Source: Folioceros fuciformis
Lineage: Eukaryota
DNA length: 64,000 nt
NCBI GenBank assembly: GCA_049999805.1
Contig: JBNGIO010006010.1
Coordinates: 1-64,000 of the forward strand
Direction: 5' to 3'
The position numbers and the translations under genes were made by a program. Below the pieces are notes generated by a model. It was not told the DNA's origin. It did no database searches and saw nothing but the letters and a program-made list of their open reading frames with translations. Shown here piece by piece: positions 26,559-38,500 of this stretch. How positions within the stretch are numbered: position 1 is the first letter of the stretch; each line of letters starts with the position of its first letter.

Positions 26559-27512
26559 ATCAGCATTGATAGCCACCATTTCTCAGTTGACTATTAAGAT
26601 ATGTGGACGCCAGGAGCCCGTGAGGCCGTTGCGGAAGTCCAGCTCGCTTAGCAAGATGTTGATGAAAATCTGGCCTGATCTAGAAACGGCAAGCTTGGTC
26701 AAGTCATGCTCACCAGTCCAAAATCGTAGCAGTACCAGTGCAATCCAGAAAATTGGGAAGGCGGTTCACACTGGTGGTCTACCGGAAGAAGAGCAGCGTG
26801 TCAATCATCCTATTCCAGGTAGCTCTCCCTTTTCTTTCCACTCTTGGTGGAAGGACGTTGCATCCGCATCCGCATCGGCATTTTTTGGTCTTGCAGAAAC
26901 AAACTCGCTTCAATGAACGGTGCTCTGGATTCATCGCAGGAGGCCAAACATTATAACGGCCACACTCAGCTTTGTGAGAGAATCAATCACACAGACCCAA
27001 AATGCACGCAAAATTCTAGGTGATGAGTGTGTCGGTAAGATGCTGCAGTTGAGTACCCACCGCCAATGCGTGACTCTCGGATATGTATTTCAGTTACACA
27101 CTACGGAAACCCCTAATTGATGCTCTGTTATTGCCTGAAGGCAATCATGCACCATGAGAACATGACCGCCTCCACAGAGGCTATGTGCAACAGTATCCTT
27201 GCTGGACAGTGTACGCCCTCTTTGCATCTAGAGTTTGTGGGTTCCCCGGCAAGTTTCCAAAAACACTTACTCCCAGCAACTTATGTACTTTGCTAGGTTC
27301 CTGATATGTGGCTGCCATACTCCTACCCAGCCCTCAAGTCTCTGTCGAGTTGGGTCGACAATCTTTCAAACGGGCCAACTTGGATAGATTTTGGAAAATC
27401 CCAATGTGCGGGAATTCCCAAATCGACCGGTTTTCTGGTCTTTTCTTCCCTCGGCTGATTTCTTGCTCTGCAGCTGTCGTGCATGAAGCATATCTGAATG
27501 TGAAAGTGAACG
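26559..27512 (+). pseudogene. Inverted, internally deleted partial duplicate of the neighbouring dynein heavy chain gene
   Basis: 26559-26732 matches the reverse complement of ~43458-43630 (HFSVDY*DMWTPGAREAVA vs [19 protein letters not shown]); 26742-27512 matches the reverse complement of ~36215-37017 including introns (e.g. gttcctgatatgtggctgccatactcctacccagccctcaagtc vs gttcctgatctatggctgcaatactgctacccgagcctcaaatc); stops and frameshifts. Confidence 0.9.
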
Positions 27513-28173
27513 TCGGAAGGGTGGACAATATTATGGAGTTACAGAGATCAGATTGTAAGGCTTCAGAGTTTTGGGCTATTTTCGGATCTCCCGCACATGA
27601 AGTACCCATCGTGCAGAAGGGTGACCGATGCGACCCGAAACCAAAACGTCTTGCTCGACCGTGCCGAAGCATCCTAGATCTAGCTAGTCATTCTTACATC
27701 TCTCCTGACTGCTGTATCGAAGCCTGGCAGTCCCGACGTCTGCAGTCGCTACAAGCTAACCGCGTAAGGAGTTGTCTGTAGACAAATCATTCCCCGGCTC
27801 CATGCCATCCCACTTTCACCGAACTACAAACTTCAAAACATATGCATATTAATCGTTGCAGGTAAACAGACTTGAACCACCTCCCGCACACGTAATAGAC
27901 TTACCAAAAACAAAACGTTCTGGGCCCTCTGGACATAGCTCTGATCTCTAACATGGTAGACTACCCTAGGGCTCTGCTCAATTCTTCTGAGGCCTGAGAA
28001 AACAGGCCCAGGAAAAGAATAACCTAATGTCAGAACAGTAGAACATCATAAATTATATATCCTCTGAAAAGGAAGAACCCAAAAATGGCAGAAAAGTAAA
28101 ACCTCGTACATAAATAGTAGACTGCCAGACCAGCCGAAAACCTTTTGTGAACACTGAGAACAACCAAACCACG

Positions 28174-28398
28174 TCAACGGGCAAAGACTTCCGCATGAGG
28201 ACGTCGAATCCAAGTCATGGGAGTGAAAGGAATCAGGGAGTCGAAGTTCTCCATGTGGCGGGGATGGTTCAGATAGTTCCAGGTCTTNNNNNNNNNNTTG
28301 CATACAAGCATACAGGCAATGTAATCCTTGGGACCCAATCTCTTCACCACCTCACAAAGCACATTTTGGTTGAGGTCTCTCCACCTGTTCTCCTCCAT
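28174..28398 (-). pseudogene. F-box domain gene fragment
   Basis: MEENRWRDLNQNVLCEVVKRLGPKDYIACMLVC[N gap]KTWNYL fits the F-box pattern W-x-D-L...RL...D...VC-K-x-W; stops shortly after the domain. Confidence 0.6.
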
Positions 28399-28701
28399 CC
28401 TCAATCGAGTATTGTTCTGTATTCCACTGTCACTCTCTGTGCCATTGTTCTGTCTTCCACCAACCTTCCTTTTGGGTGCGTTCATCCATATATAGAGAGT
28501 CTTCCGATGACGCCAATCCTTAGAATGTGACATGATGATGTTCGCTTGTGCCACCAACCCACTCAACTTAAGCTTGTCTGCGCCGCCAACCCAGTGCACT
28601 AGAACTCAGAACCCTCTCCCAAAACCCTCTCCCGTGTACTCAGAACCCTGTATCGTTTCAATCGCCTCATGTGACACTATCATCCCTACTAGGGCAAAAT
28701 A

Positions 28702-28970
28702 TGGGTTAAGAACATGACGTGTATGTATATGTACTGCATCTAGATGCAACAGGGGGCCTGCTCAAATATGCTCTAGGGTTAAGAACATGACGTATATGTA
28801 TATGTACTGCATCTAATTGCAACAGGGGGCATGACACCATTCCTGTTCTCTTGCTTATTGTTTCGACGGCCGCACCCAACACTTTCACCTCCTTAGGGCA
28901 AAACATGTTCTAGGGTTAAGGGCATGATGTGTATGCATATGTACTGTATCTAGATGCAACACGAGGCATG
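28702..28970 (+). repeat. Three diverged ~55-bp direct repeats
   Basis: gggttaagaacatgacgtgtatgtatatgtactgcatctagatgcaac at ~28703, ~28776 and ~28913. Confidence 0.75.
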
Positions 28971-29529
28971 ACACTATTTGAGTTTAATGTGTGTGTCTGT
29001 GCGGTGCCAAGTTGTGCATATCTTGAGTTAGATTTAAGTAAAAAACTAGTTTGTTAGATTTAAGCCATCTACATATAATTTGGGATGCTATCATTCTACT
29101 TTTTTTTAAGGGCTGATATCGTTATGCAAATATAGTCCACCTATGTATGGGTTGTTTATGCAATATATCATTCATAAGTTGAATAAAAGATGGTATATGT
29201 TATTCAAATGAGATGAAAAATGTCGCATCAAATGTGTAAGACATCTAATTATTTGCCTTAAATTGATACCATTTGCAGACATATGATTTGTATATGCTAG
29301 TTAATTATCATGAAACCAAATATGTAAAGATCTAGATAATGAATATTTTATTTAAAGATGAGATGCTAGGTATTTAGGTATTAAGATGCAAAAGAGGAAG
29401 AGAGTATTTTATCTAAAGAGTTGAAAAATCTCATCTACCCTAAATAAGAGAAGGAAAGAACCCCAGACAGCCCCAAAAACCAAGAGGGGGCCTAGCCCTT
29501 ATGGATACCAATACCGCAAATAGCCACAA

Positions 29530-29755
29530 CTCCTAAGACATCATGATTGGAGATAGTGGAGGGCCCACCTAAAAATAAAGCCGATGATGCCTCTGGACGC
29601 AAGTAGGCACTCCTAAGACATCATAATTAGAGATAGTGGAGGGCCTACCTAAAAATAAAGCCGATGATTCCTCTGGACGCAAGTAGGCACTCCTAAGACA
29701 TCATAATTAGAGATAGTGGAGGGCCTGCCTAAAAATAAGCCGATGATGCCTCTGA
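29530..29755 (+). repeat. 80-bp tandem repeat (~2.8 copies) abutting the LINE fragment
   Basis: ctcctaagacatcat...gccgatgatgcctctggacgcaagtaggca starts at 29530, 29610 and 29690. Confidence 0.85.
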
Positions 29756-29960
29756 ATTTGCACACTTTGTAAAGCAATGAAAACGCGCTGCACAAAAGAA
29801 GCCACCATTAAAGAAAGGGGGAGAAACCCATTCTTGTGATTGTGATAAGACTTTGCATAATCCTTGATAAGTCTTGAGAAGTCCTTGCCCATGGCCCCAT
29901 GGGCCTCAAGAGTAAGGGGGATAATAATGTGACTATCCTACATAGGAGCAACAGCAAACG
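29745..29960 (-). mobile_element. C-terminal fragment of an RLE-type (CRE-like) non-LTR retrotransposon ORF
   Basis: IIPLTLEAHGAMGKDFSRLIKDYA...LSLMVASFVQRVFIALQSVQ resembles the restriction-like endonuclease tail F-x-P-x-x-x-E-x-x-G...Q-R-x-S-I-A-L-Q. Confidence 0.5.
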
Positions 29961-32013
29961 AGCTTTTGTTGAAGACCCAACTGACTAGCTGCAACAGCTC
30001 ACACCACTTATCGAATAGACACACCCGACCACCATCCCTGCTCAATCGTTGTACCTCCTCACTCACCTGCACCTACACATGCTCACAAGACTTACCACAC
30101 ACGAGAACAAGAGTAACAATGAGATGAAATTTGATCAATCATGCTCACAAGACTTAGCACACATGAGAACAAGAGTAANNNNNNNNNNTGATCAATCATG
30201 CTCACAAGACTTAGCACACATGAGAACAAGAGTAAAAATGAGATGAAATCTGATCAATCTGTAACAAAGAAAACTACTGTTGTACCTTTGTGCATTTCCT
30301 TAGCTTTGCTCTCAACAGTAATAAACTAGTAAATGCAGATTCCTATCTCCAAAAATGCCTTGAAGGATCACCCTGCCAAGGTTAGACATGTTGACTAATC
30401 ACAACCTCTTCGTGGTCTTATTTTCACATACAAGGGCAGAATCTTACGAGATTAGCCTCAAACTTTCATGATTTTGAGAGATTGACGCAGGAGCTATCTA
30501 TAATCCTCACAGGAGCTATCTATAATCCTCACCTAAGTTGAAGGAGTAGACTCTCTTCTATTAGAAGGCCTCAACTTCAATATTGATGGCAGTTGAGAAA
30601 AGCTTTCTTGCATCCTAATTCACACACGCAAGTTTGGTCAGAGGATGAGGATTCACCTTATCAAGGTGATAAGAACCTACCTTCACTCCATTTCAAAGCA
30701 AACGGAACAAAAGTGTTGTGGATACCCTACTACACTTAGCTCATTGCAAGTAATTTTGAAGTTAATCATAGTGTTGAAGTGATAAAGGATTGCATGGAGA
30801 CTTTGAACTCAGACATTTAAATTATTTATAATGGAGTTGACGCTATTAGCATGTAGCAATACCTTGCACAAAATTTACCTGTACAACCTGTTGCAGCTTT
30901 GTATTTGGATTCCTTGGTGCCCACTCGTGAAAGATTGGTTACTAAACCTCTTTGATCTCTTCAAGATTTGAAGGGTTGTTGTAGCCATACCCATCAATGT
31001 TGCTAAATCCTATGATTCTTTGTGGCGCCTATTGGATGGGTTGTACAGGTGTACAAATTTGTTGTTGATGAGCTAATTAGTTTATCCCTTCAGCACCTTT
31101 TTAGGTCTCATGCATCTTGTTGGTGCTCTAATAAACAATTGTTAGTTAGATTCATGTGACATTTTTTAGGGTTTAATCATTTATAGGAGTTCACCATTCA
31201 TGATTTGGTTTTTGGTTTTTTGTCAATATCTCTACTAGTGCCTTTTCACTTTAAGCACGTTTTGTCTTACTTGTTCACACCACAAGAGTCTAGCATGTTC
31301 TTTGATCCCTCCTTTTGGTTAAACCACGACACTCGTTTATCTCTGTGGTCACAAAAGTAGGTATTGGGAATCAACGGTGACTGAAAGGAAAGGAGACAAC
31401 TTAACTAGGGAGACTAATGGGAAGGGACGATAGTGGAGACAAACCAAGAAAAGGGTACTTCAATCAAGTCGTATCCGGCTCGAGTATGTTTGGACAACGA
31501 CCGGGGTGGGAAGATGGCTTACTTGTTTGAGTATCAATACTTTTCGGGCTAGACGATGTGCAGTGAGGTATAAGAGGGAAAAAGGGGAAGAGAATGGGGC
31601 GTCAAAGGTCACAAGGAGTAAGAGGTAGCGATAGAAGAGCACGAGGGAACTAGGTTGCGGTGTTTTCGGAGGTCTATGGTGAAGGAAGTATCAGGACGGA
31701 TGTCGGGGTGAGGAAGTGTGCAAGGAGATTGCGACATGGGGAGGGGTGCAAGGTGATACACGCCTCTAGCTGGGTGTTGGTCCTGCATCGAGATAGGGTA
31801 TGGTCCGAGGAAGGCACACGAGGGTGGCAAGTGTCGAAGCGGGGGGAGGGGGGGGAGAAGAAAGAAAGGAAGAATTCAAATCCTTGTGGGCCAAGAATGA
31901 GAAGGGGTCATGAAGCACAGGATCAGGGTTACCCAAGTACCTTTTGGAAGTGGTAATCTCACTAGCATGGCCAAGAGCTTTGCAGACGTTGCAGTAGTAC
32001 TCCCAAAGTCCGT

Positions 32014-32173
32014 TCTATACTATTTTAGGCCACTATCATCCACCCACTTGACCGGCGGGAATGAAAGTTGATAAATAAATAAAATTGATTGATATATTAT
32101 GTACGCACAAAATGATAATTGTTGCCATTTGCCGAGTGGTCCTCCACTTGGGTGGAGGGACCACCGATTCTAG
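32014..32173 (+). mobile_element. Small non-autonomous Helitron-like element
   Basis: 5' TCTATACTATTT; 3' GC-rich hairpin GTGGTCCTCCAC-ttgg-GTGGAGGGACCAC (32136-32164) followed by CTAG (32170-32173) and T. The base preceding the 5' TC is T rather than the expected A. Confidence 0.5.
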
Positions 32174-32479
32174 TGGTCGCAGAGCCTTGTGCTTCCGGGC
32201 TGGGGTGGACTTGTTATGAAGCTAAGGGTAGAGTGGGCTCCATTTAATCTATTCTAACGGCTTCTTCTTCATTCGACTATGTTATAGGTAAGGCAATAGG
32301 CTGGGTAGGGAGCTGCNNNNNNNNNNCATTCGACTATGTTATAGGTAAGGCAATAGGCTGGGTAGGGAGCTGCACCTATTGAGTGGTCAGAGGAACCGTC
32401 TTCTTGCGTGCCTATGAGGTAGGGGCTAGATTTTGAGCCAACAAGGTTAAAGATTGCATTCGGCAACTGCAAACTGTTC

Positions 32480-33160
32480 CACCTCCATTAACATGTTTAA
32501 GTGTCCCCAAATGTGATAGAGAAATGGGAACAGTGAGGAATGTGGGGTTTCTCCTGCAGCAACCTCTTAACATTGGATTGAATTTAATGTTCCACTACCT
32601 TGCCCCAATCTACATGGGAGCCCTATGCCAATCTGTAGAGGAGCATAAGAACTTCATGCGTGATGTGGTCCGTCTTTGAAACTAGCAACAAGTTGACGAT
32701 CAACCAAGCTAGTACCCCAATCCTCAAGTCAAGGATATCATAGATTGACCACCCTTTTGTAGTCTTGAAAGCTCCATCCGACAGAAGAGCCTTACCCGAT
32801 TCCTTGACCAACACTTTTCTCTAGTGAGAATTAAGATATAGCTGGCTCTTCTTCATTGCAAGCTGCCGAAAAGACATCCCTCATCTGTATGGTCCATAGA
32901 GGGGGTTGGCCCGCATGGTCCATAGAGGGGGTTGGCCCGCATCTGCGTGGAGTTTTGCCTTCCCTTCTCTCATAGCCAGAGGTTTCCTACAGGCTCACGC
33001 CACCACTATTGATTGAATGTTCTAGGAAAGCTAGAACAACCCCAACTATCATTGTTCCACCCAATCCCTTGCCACCTTTAGCCACGGAGAAAGGTTGGGA
33101 TAGGCGAGATTTGAATGTTGTCTTCATTGATTCTCCGCGGAATCATTCAAGCACCATCTG
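32480..33160 (-). mobile_element. Eroded transposon-associated ORF (plant transposon accessory-protein-like)
   Basis: GWSIYDILDLRIGVLAWLIVNLLLVSKTDHITHEVLMLLYRLA*GSHVDWGKVV resembles accessory ORFs of plant retroelements; many stops. Confidence 0.3.
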
Positions 33161-33799
33161 CACAAGGGAGCAGCAAATAGGAGAGATGAGAGATAACGAA
33201 GGAGCAAAAAGGAGTGGAGAACAAGAGGGAGTCACAAATTTGCCTTCACTTGTGACGTCAAAAGCTGGGAAGCTATAGCGGCAAAGATGTTGGGAGACAT
33301 AGGTGCTCAAAGTTATTAGAGTTGCAAGAGCTGGGCGAGGTGAGGATATGATCCTTGGCATTCTGCAGCGTAAAGCTCCTATGTTGCTGAGCTGTTTGAT
33401 GACTCAACCATCCTGTGGCGCTTTGCTTGCTCGTACTGCCCCTATAAGTACTAACATGGGTTCGATCCTTGCTCGTACTGCCCCTATCAGTACTAACATG
33501 GGTTCGATCGTAAGCCACCTCAGTGACACCTGCAAGTTGGCGGGTTCGGACTAGTCCATCCTACATGTTGTTAGTCCAAAGAATGCGACAAAGTCCAAAA
33601 TCAAAGGTAAGATTGAAATGAAAAACAAAAAAACAAAGTCTTACCTCCCCTTGATTTGCATGTTCAAGCTGGGTGTGGTAATTTGCTATCTCATGCACTT
33701 TCTCTATTATGTGCAGCACTAGTTTATCTTCAAGGTTAATAAAGCCTTTATCGACTTTCGTTGCCATGGGAGAAGATGTGCAAGTGCATCATTAGGTGG

Positions 33800-34492
33800 A
33801 GGTGCGGAGTGGGAAACTATGATCTCTTAGTTATGAAAGTAACTAAAGGCTATGACACAAGCCCCTTGAACACTCAAATGGATGAAGAAATGCTAAGCAA
33901 TATGCTTGCAAGCTTGGAGAAGAACACCATGTGTATTGAGTTTTGATTTGTTGTGATGCATGTGGTGGAGGCTACATTAGTAGAAAGGCTCTACGCAAAT
34001 ACTATAAAGAGAGGGTGTATGGTATCCTTTGTTTGAGACAACTTGCACAATGAGAGAGATGGGTTAGAGACCATGGAAGACATCATTGTGGCTTGTATGT
34101 GCGAAGAGAGTAGTGGTAAAGAACAAATGTCCATGCTCACAAGTGCAAAGTAGGGGTCTTTTAACAATGGGAGGTCCGTGATTGCGCAGGACATTGCAGT
34201 GAAGAAACATGTGTACCTATCATTGGACAAGTGGGTGATATACCCATATCATAGGCNNNNNNNNNNTGTGTACCTATCATTGGACAAGTGGGTGATATAC
34301 CCATATCATAGGCCTTTAGAACTAATGGCCAAGCTTGTATTAGCTTTTAGTAAGTAAGCGGATTGGGTTGTGGATGCATGCTCTAGTAGTGGTACCACTG
34401 TTATGGTAGCTTTGGTTAATAGGAAAAATCATATTGCCATAGAAGTGGATGCTAGATGTGCAGCATACATTCCTCAATGCATCAACATATAG
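33800..34492 (+). pseudogene. Decayed beta-class amino-DNA methyltransferase (N6-adenine/N4-cytosine, N6_N4_Mtase-like)
   Basis: Single frame (three in-frame stops before the N gap, one after): YDLLVMKVTKGY...YPYHRPLELMAKLVLAFSK*ADWVVDACSSSGTTVMVALVNRKNHIAIEVDARCAAYIPQCI. This parallels the family consensus HPTQKPxxLxxxLIxxxSxxGDxVLDPFxGSGTTxxAAxxxxRxxIGIExDxxYxxxxxxR. Confidence 0.65.
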
Positions 34493-35565
34493 GAGGGTTT
34501 AGGGTACCCCCAAATGCAATAGGAGAACCATCTTTTGAGGTTCATTCCAAGGGACCATCGCAATTCTTGGCAAAAGTGGTGAGCATCAACAACATAGATG
34601 GAAGGAGGGCGTAAGTCATGGCATTGGGCAAAATGAAGAGAAGAAGCTTGGTAGGAGCTTAGTCTGAATCAAGCCAACTCACTATCGAGGATGTTTTGAT
34701 GGGTAGAGGGGACGGCTAGGGTGGAGGCTAGGATTTCGCACTAAGAGAAAAGGCAGAAAAGGTGCTTGATAACTTCCAGCATAAGGAGGAGTAGGGGTCT
34801 CCTAACATAAGGAGGAGTAGGGGTTAGGAGACGTTCAAGTTAACTTCTAGCATAAGGAGGAGTAGGGGTTAGGAGACATTTAAGTTAACTTCATTCACCT
34901 TGCACCCTAAACCTTTGAATCTAGGCTTCCTGATGTGCCGTCATTTCGTGGTCATGAGCTTTGTGTTCCATGACAATATGGGTTCTAGATGAGAGAATGG
35001 TATGGTTTGTGACAATGGGGTAAATGGGGAGTTCTTTACTCCCCCACTTGCAACTTTCTCTTGTTACAAGCCTTCCCTTCCTTGTCACTAGCATTTGGTG
35101 GGTGGTCTTCTCATGTCTCTTCTGAGTTGCCTTCACCTTTCTTAGCTGGACCTCCCTCTCGTCCTTCATGCAATATTGAATAGAATTGCTAATTGCACAT
35201 GCATTGGAAATTGAAGCAATAATTGGACAAACTCAGCCTAGGATTGTCTTGATATATATAATATTTTATACATTATTAAAATCAGGTTCAGAAAAATATT
35301 GAACAAAAGTGATCAACATTGACCACCTTTGGTCTAGAGTGGAACAGCAATAGGACAATCTAAATCCTAATATTTTTCTTATATGTATAAATAATATCAT
35401 ATAATATAAAATAATAAGTCTTGCTGTGTGCATCCAAATAGTGTTAAAGAACCATGACATCCTCGTTGTGCGAACGCCCAATTCGCCCGTTCGTAACCCC
35501 CTTCCCATGACCCAGTGTATGTGGGTCCGCGTGTTTTTGTTATCAACTGTTTCGTTCCGGGCTCC

Positions 35566-38500
35566 CTAGTCTCTGCTGCTGCAAATTAGAGCTACGCCCC
35601 TTAGAATCCAGAATTTGGATTCCTTCTCGCCCGCCGGCAAGTCAACCGTGCCCACACAGCTCTCCAGTGCTTGACGCCTCCCTGTGTGTCAATCACAGGC
35701 TATGATTCCTTTAATACTGAACTTTCAATGCTTTGTCGGTTTGTAAGTATGGAGCAATGGGACCGTGCATACCATTTCTTGCCTGGTTCCTGTAAATGGG
35801 GCAGCTGTAGACATCGGGACTGCTAGGCTTTGGTGGGGCAACCTGGGAAGAGGAAGGACGGAGCCAAATGTCGCACATCTTGGTTAGAGGATGCTTGGGC
35901 TCGGTTTCAGTGAGACATTTTCGTTTCGAATCCCATCGTGCACCCTCCAGGAATAAGCCCGTGATGTAGTAGCCTTCCGACGGATACTCCATCTGCGAGA
36001 CCTCCAAATGTTACCTTTGGCTACAGTGCAGGCTCAATTGCAACCACTGCCGCATGGGTAACACAGGAGAATGTGGACCCGCTGGTGTACCTGAGACTCG
36101 TAATCCACCAACCCGATGTGCAAGGAAACAGTATCCAAGGGAGCAGCATGAAGACGGGCATGCTGTTGAACTGTAGCGGCAAAGACTGCCTGTAGTGGCC
36201 ACATTGTAAGCGCCCGATCACGTAACACTTCCACATTCAGATGTGCGTCATGCACGATAGCTGCAGAGCAAGAAAGCACCTGAGGGAAGAAAAGACCAGA
36301 AATCCAGATGACTTTGGGAGTTCCAAAATCTATCCAGCCCTTTATGAAATCCAGACGTTTTGAAAGATCGTCGACCCAACTCGCCAGAGATTTGAGGCTC
36401 GGGTAGCAGTATTGCAGCCATAGATCAGGAACCTGGCAAAGTAACTTGCTGAAAGTAAGTGTACACTTGGCAGGCTTCCCATTAACTCTGGATGCAAGCA
36501 AGTCGTACCTGTCCAGTAAGGATACTGTTGCAGACAGCTTCCATCGAGGCGGTCATCTCCTCAGGGTGCATGATTGCCTTCACGGAGTACCAGAACATCA
36601 ATTAGAGTATACTCACTAGTGTAATTGAAATACTCATCGCAGCGTCAGACATTGCTACTTTCCAGTCGGTGCTCAACTGCAGCATACATCGCAAGACAGA
36701 TATCACCGAAACCTTTGCGTACATTTTGGGTCTGTACGATGGATTCTCTCACAAGCTGAATCAGGCGGTTGTAATGTTTCACCTCCTGTAATGAATCCAA
36801 AGCACCAACCATTCATCGATGGGAGTTTGTTTCATCAAGGTGACAAATGCGGATGCATGGGTCCCATCTGATGCAACGTATCCCCAAAAAAGAGTGGAGA
36901 CACAGCAGCGAGCTACCTGGAGCAGGATCATCAGGAAAGGGTCATTGGAGTTCTTCAGATTTACACGCAGCTCTTCTTCTCGCAGATCCGTGTGAACCGT
37001 CTTCCCAATTTCCTGGAGACAATTCAGCGCCATTCCCTTTTTCTGCCATACCCATAAGTCAAGATGAGGCGAATGAAATATATAACGATCTCATCAAAAG
37101 GATACGCTCAAAGTTGGAATTGCAAGCATATGTGCAGATTAAGTATCTCACATCCTCGAACTCTAACATGCATGTGAAAGGTTCGATAAACGAGTTATGG
37201 TAGCACTCCAGGGATAAGGCTAATGCTAACAGCTCGTTTGCTTCTCTTTGTGCACGCCCAATCACTGCATCCTTGGGAAGCCCCATCACCTGGTTGAGGC
37301 AATTTTCAACTTTTCATCCAGCCCCCTAGGCTGAGACTGCCTGTAAGACTTGCACAAAAAGCCTCGGTGCACACTTCACACGAAAACCACCTCAGGGTCG
37401 TCTGCATCGGGCAAGTGTTGAGTGTGGTGGATGAAGTCTTCCAGAGTGCCTGTATCTTTGGGCAGATAGTTTCTCATCACCGCTTCCCAGTTGTTGTACT
37501 CATCCTCTGGAATCAGGAAAATGAACGATTCATTCTGCTTGCAAAAGATCTGCATCTGTTTGCCCTTGGACATGTAGTCCTGTCAAACATAAGTACTGTA
37601 CATATAGAGGTCCGGCACTTACTTGTAGCAAAACATCGGTCGTACAACTTTGCCAAACACAGCTGGTCCCAGGTGTCAACCACGTGACCACCATAAATGA
37701 TCTCTGTTGTCATTGTTTTCAAAAGGCTTCTATGAGAGAGAGTATCCAATGCTGGAGCACCCGAATTGCTGGGCTGTGTTGTGCAGTCTGCAGCGTCGGC
37801 CTGCTTTGTATCAGGTGAGTTCGTCGGCAGACTCTCGTCGTGTTTAAGTTCCTTTCTCATGTCCGAGATCTCGTCAAGTTGCGCTTTCGCAAGATTGAAG
37901 TCACTCAAGTCGATTGGCAGTGAATTGTTCCATCTACATGGACCACCTGGAAACTGTTAGCATTTACTGCCTGTAAAGTAAACAACGACCAATGATCGAC
38001 AACAAGCCATACCACAGCATCATTTCAACATCCTGAGAAGATGTTAGCTAGGGGAAGCACTTACAAAGGGAGAGACAGAAACGGCAAAAGTCGCAGGACG
38101 ATGAAAGTGGATGATTACCCCAGAGAGCCAAAGCTACCCCGCTCCTGGACCAACGAATGGAACAGGGCAAGTTGAAAAATAGCCCTTGAATGCCGCACAT
38201 TTCGGCCCTCCTTCCTCATCCTCCGTTGGCCCTGTCATGTTGTGATTCGTCGGTAAGATTGTTAAAACCACATACACAATTAGATGGCAGTAAACAGATT
38301 CAGAATACTTGGCAACTGACAGTGTAGTCTTCTTCTGCTTGTTGGGACAGTAGAATCTTTAAAACTTTGGATTTCACTCCCATCGAAGGCTCCAACACGA
38401 TTCTGACACTGCGTTCAAAGCAGCACACGCAAGATAATGAATATGACTGCTACCTACGCGGCCCACATGGTCAAGACCGGTCACTGTTATCAGAGACCTG

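Noticed and set aside
30300-31900. Eroded ORF-like stretches, including a GPYPI motif reminiscent of Gypsy integrase ends
   Set aside because: Only a single short motif; insufficient for classification.
34210-34313. Direct duplications flanking 10-N gaps (also at ~30179 and ~32317; 2-nt overlap at ~28288)
   Set aside because: Identical sequence on both sides of a fixed-length N run indicates unmerged contig overlaps, i.e. assembly artefacts.
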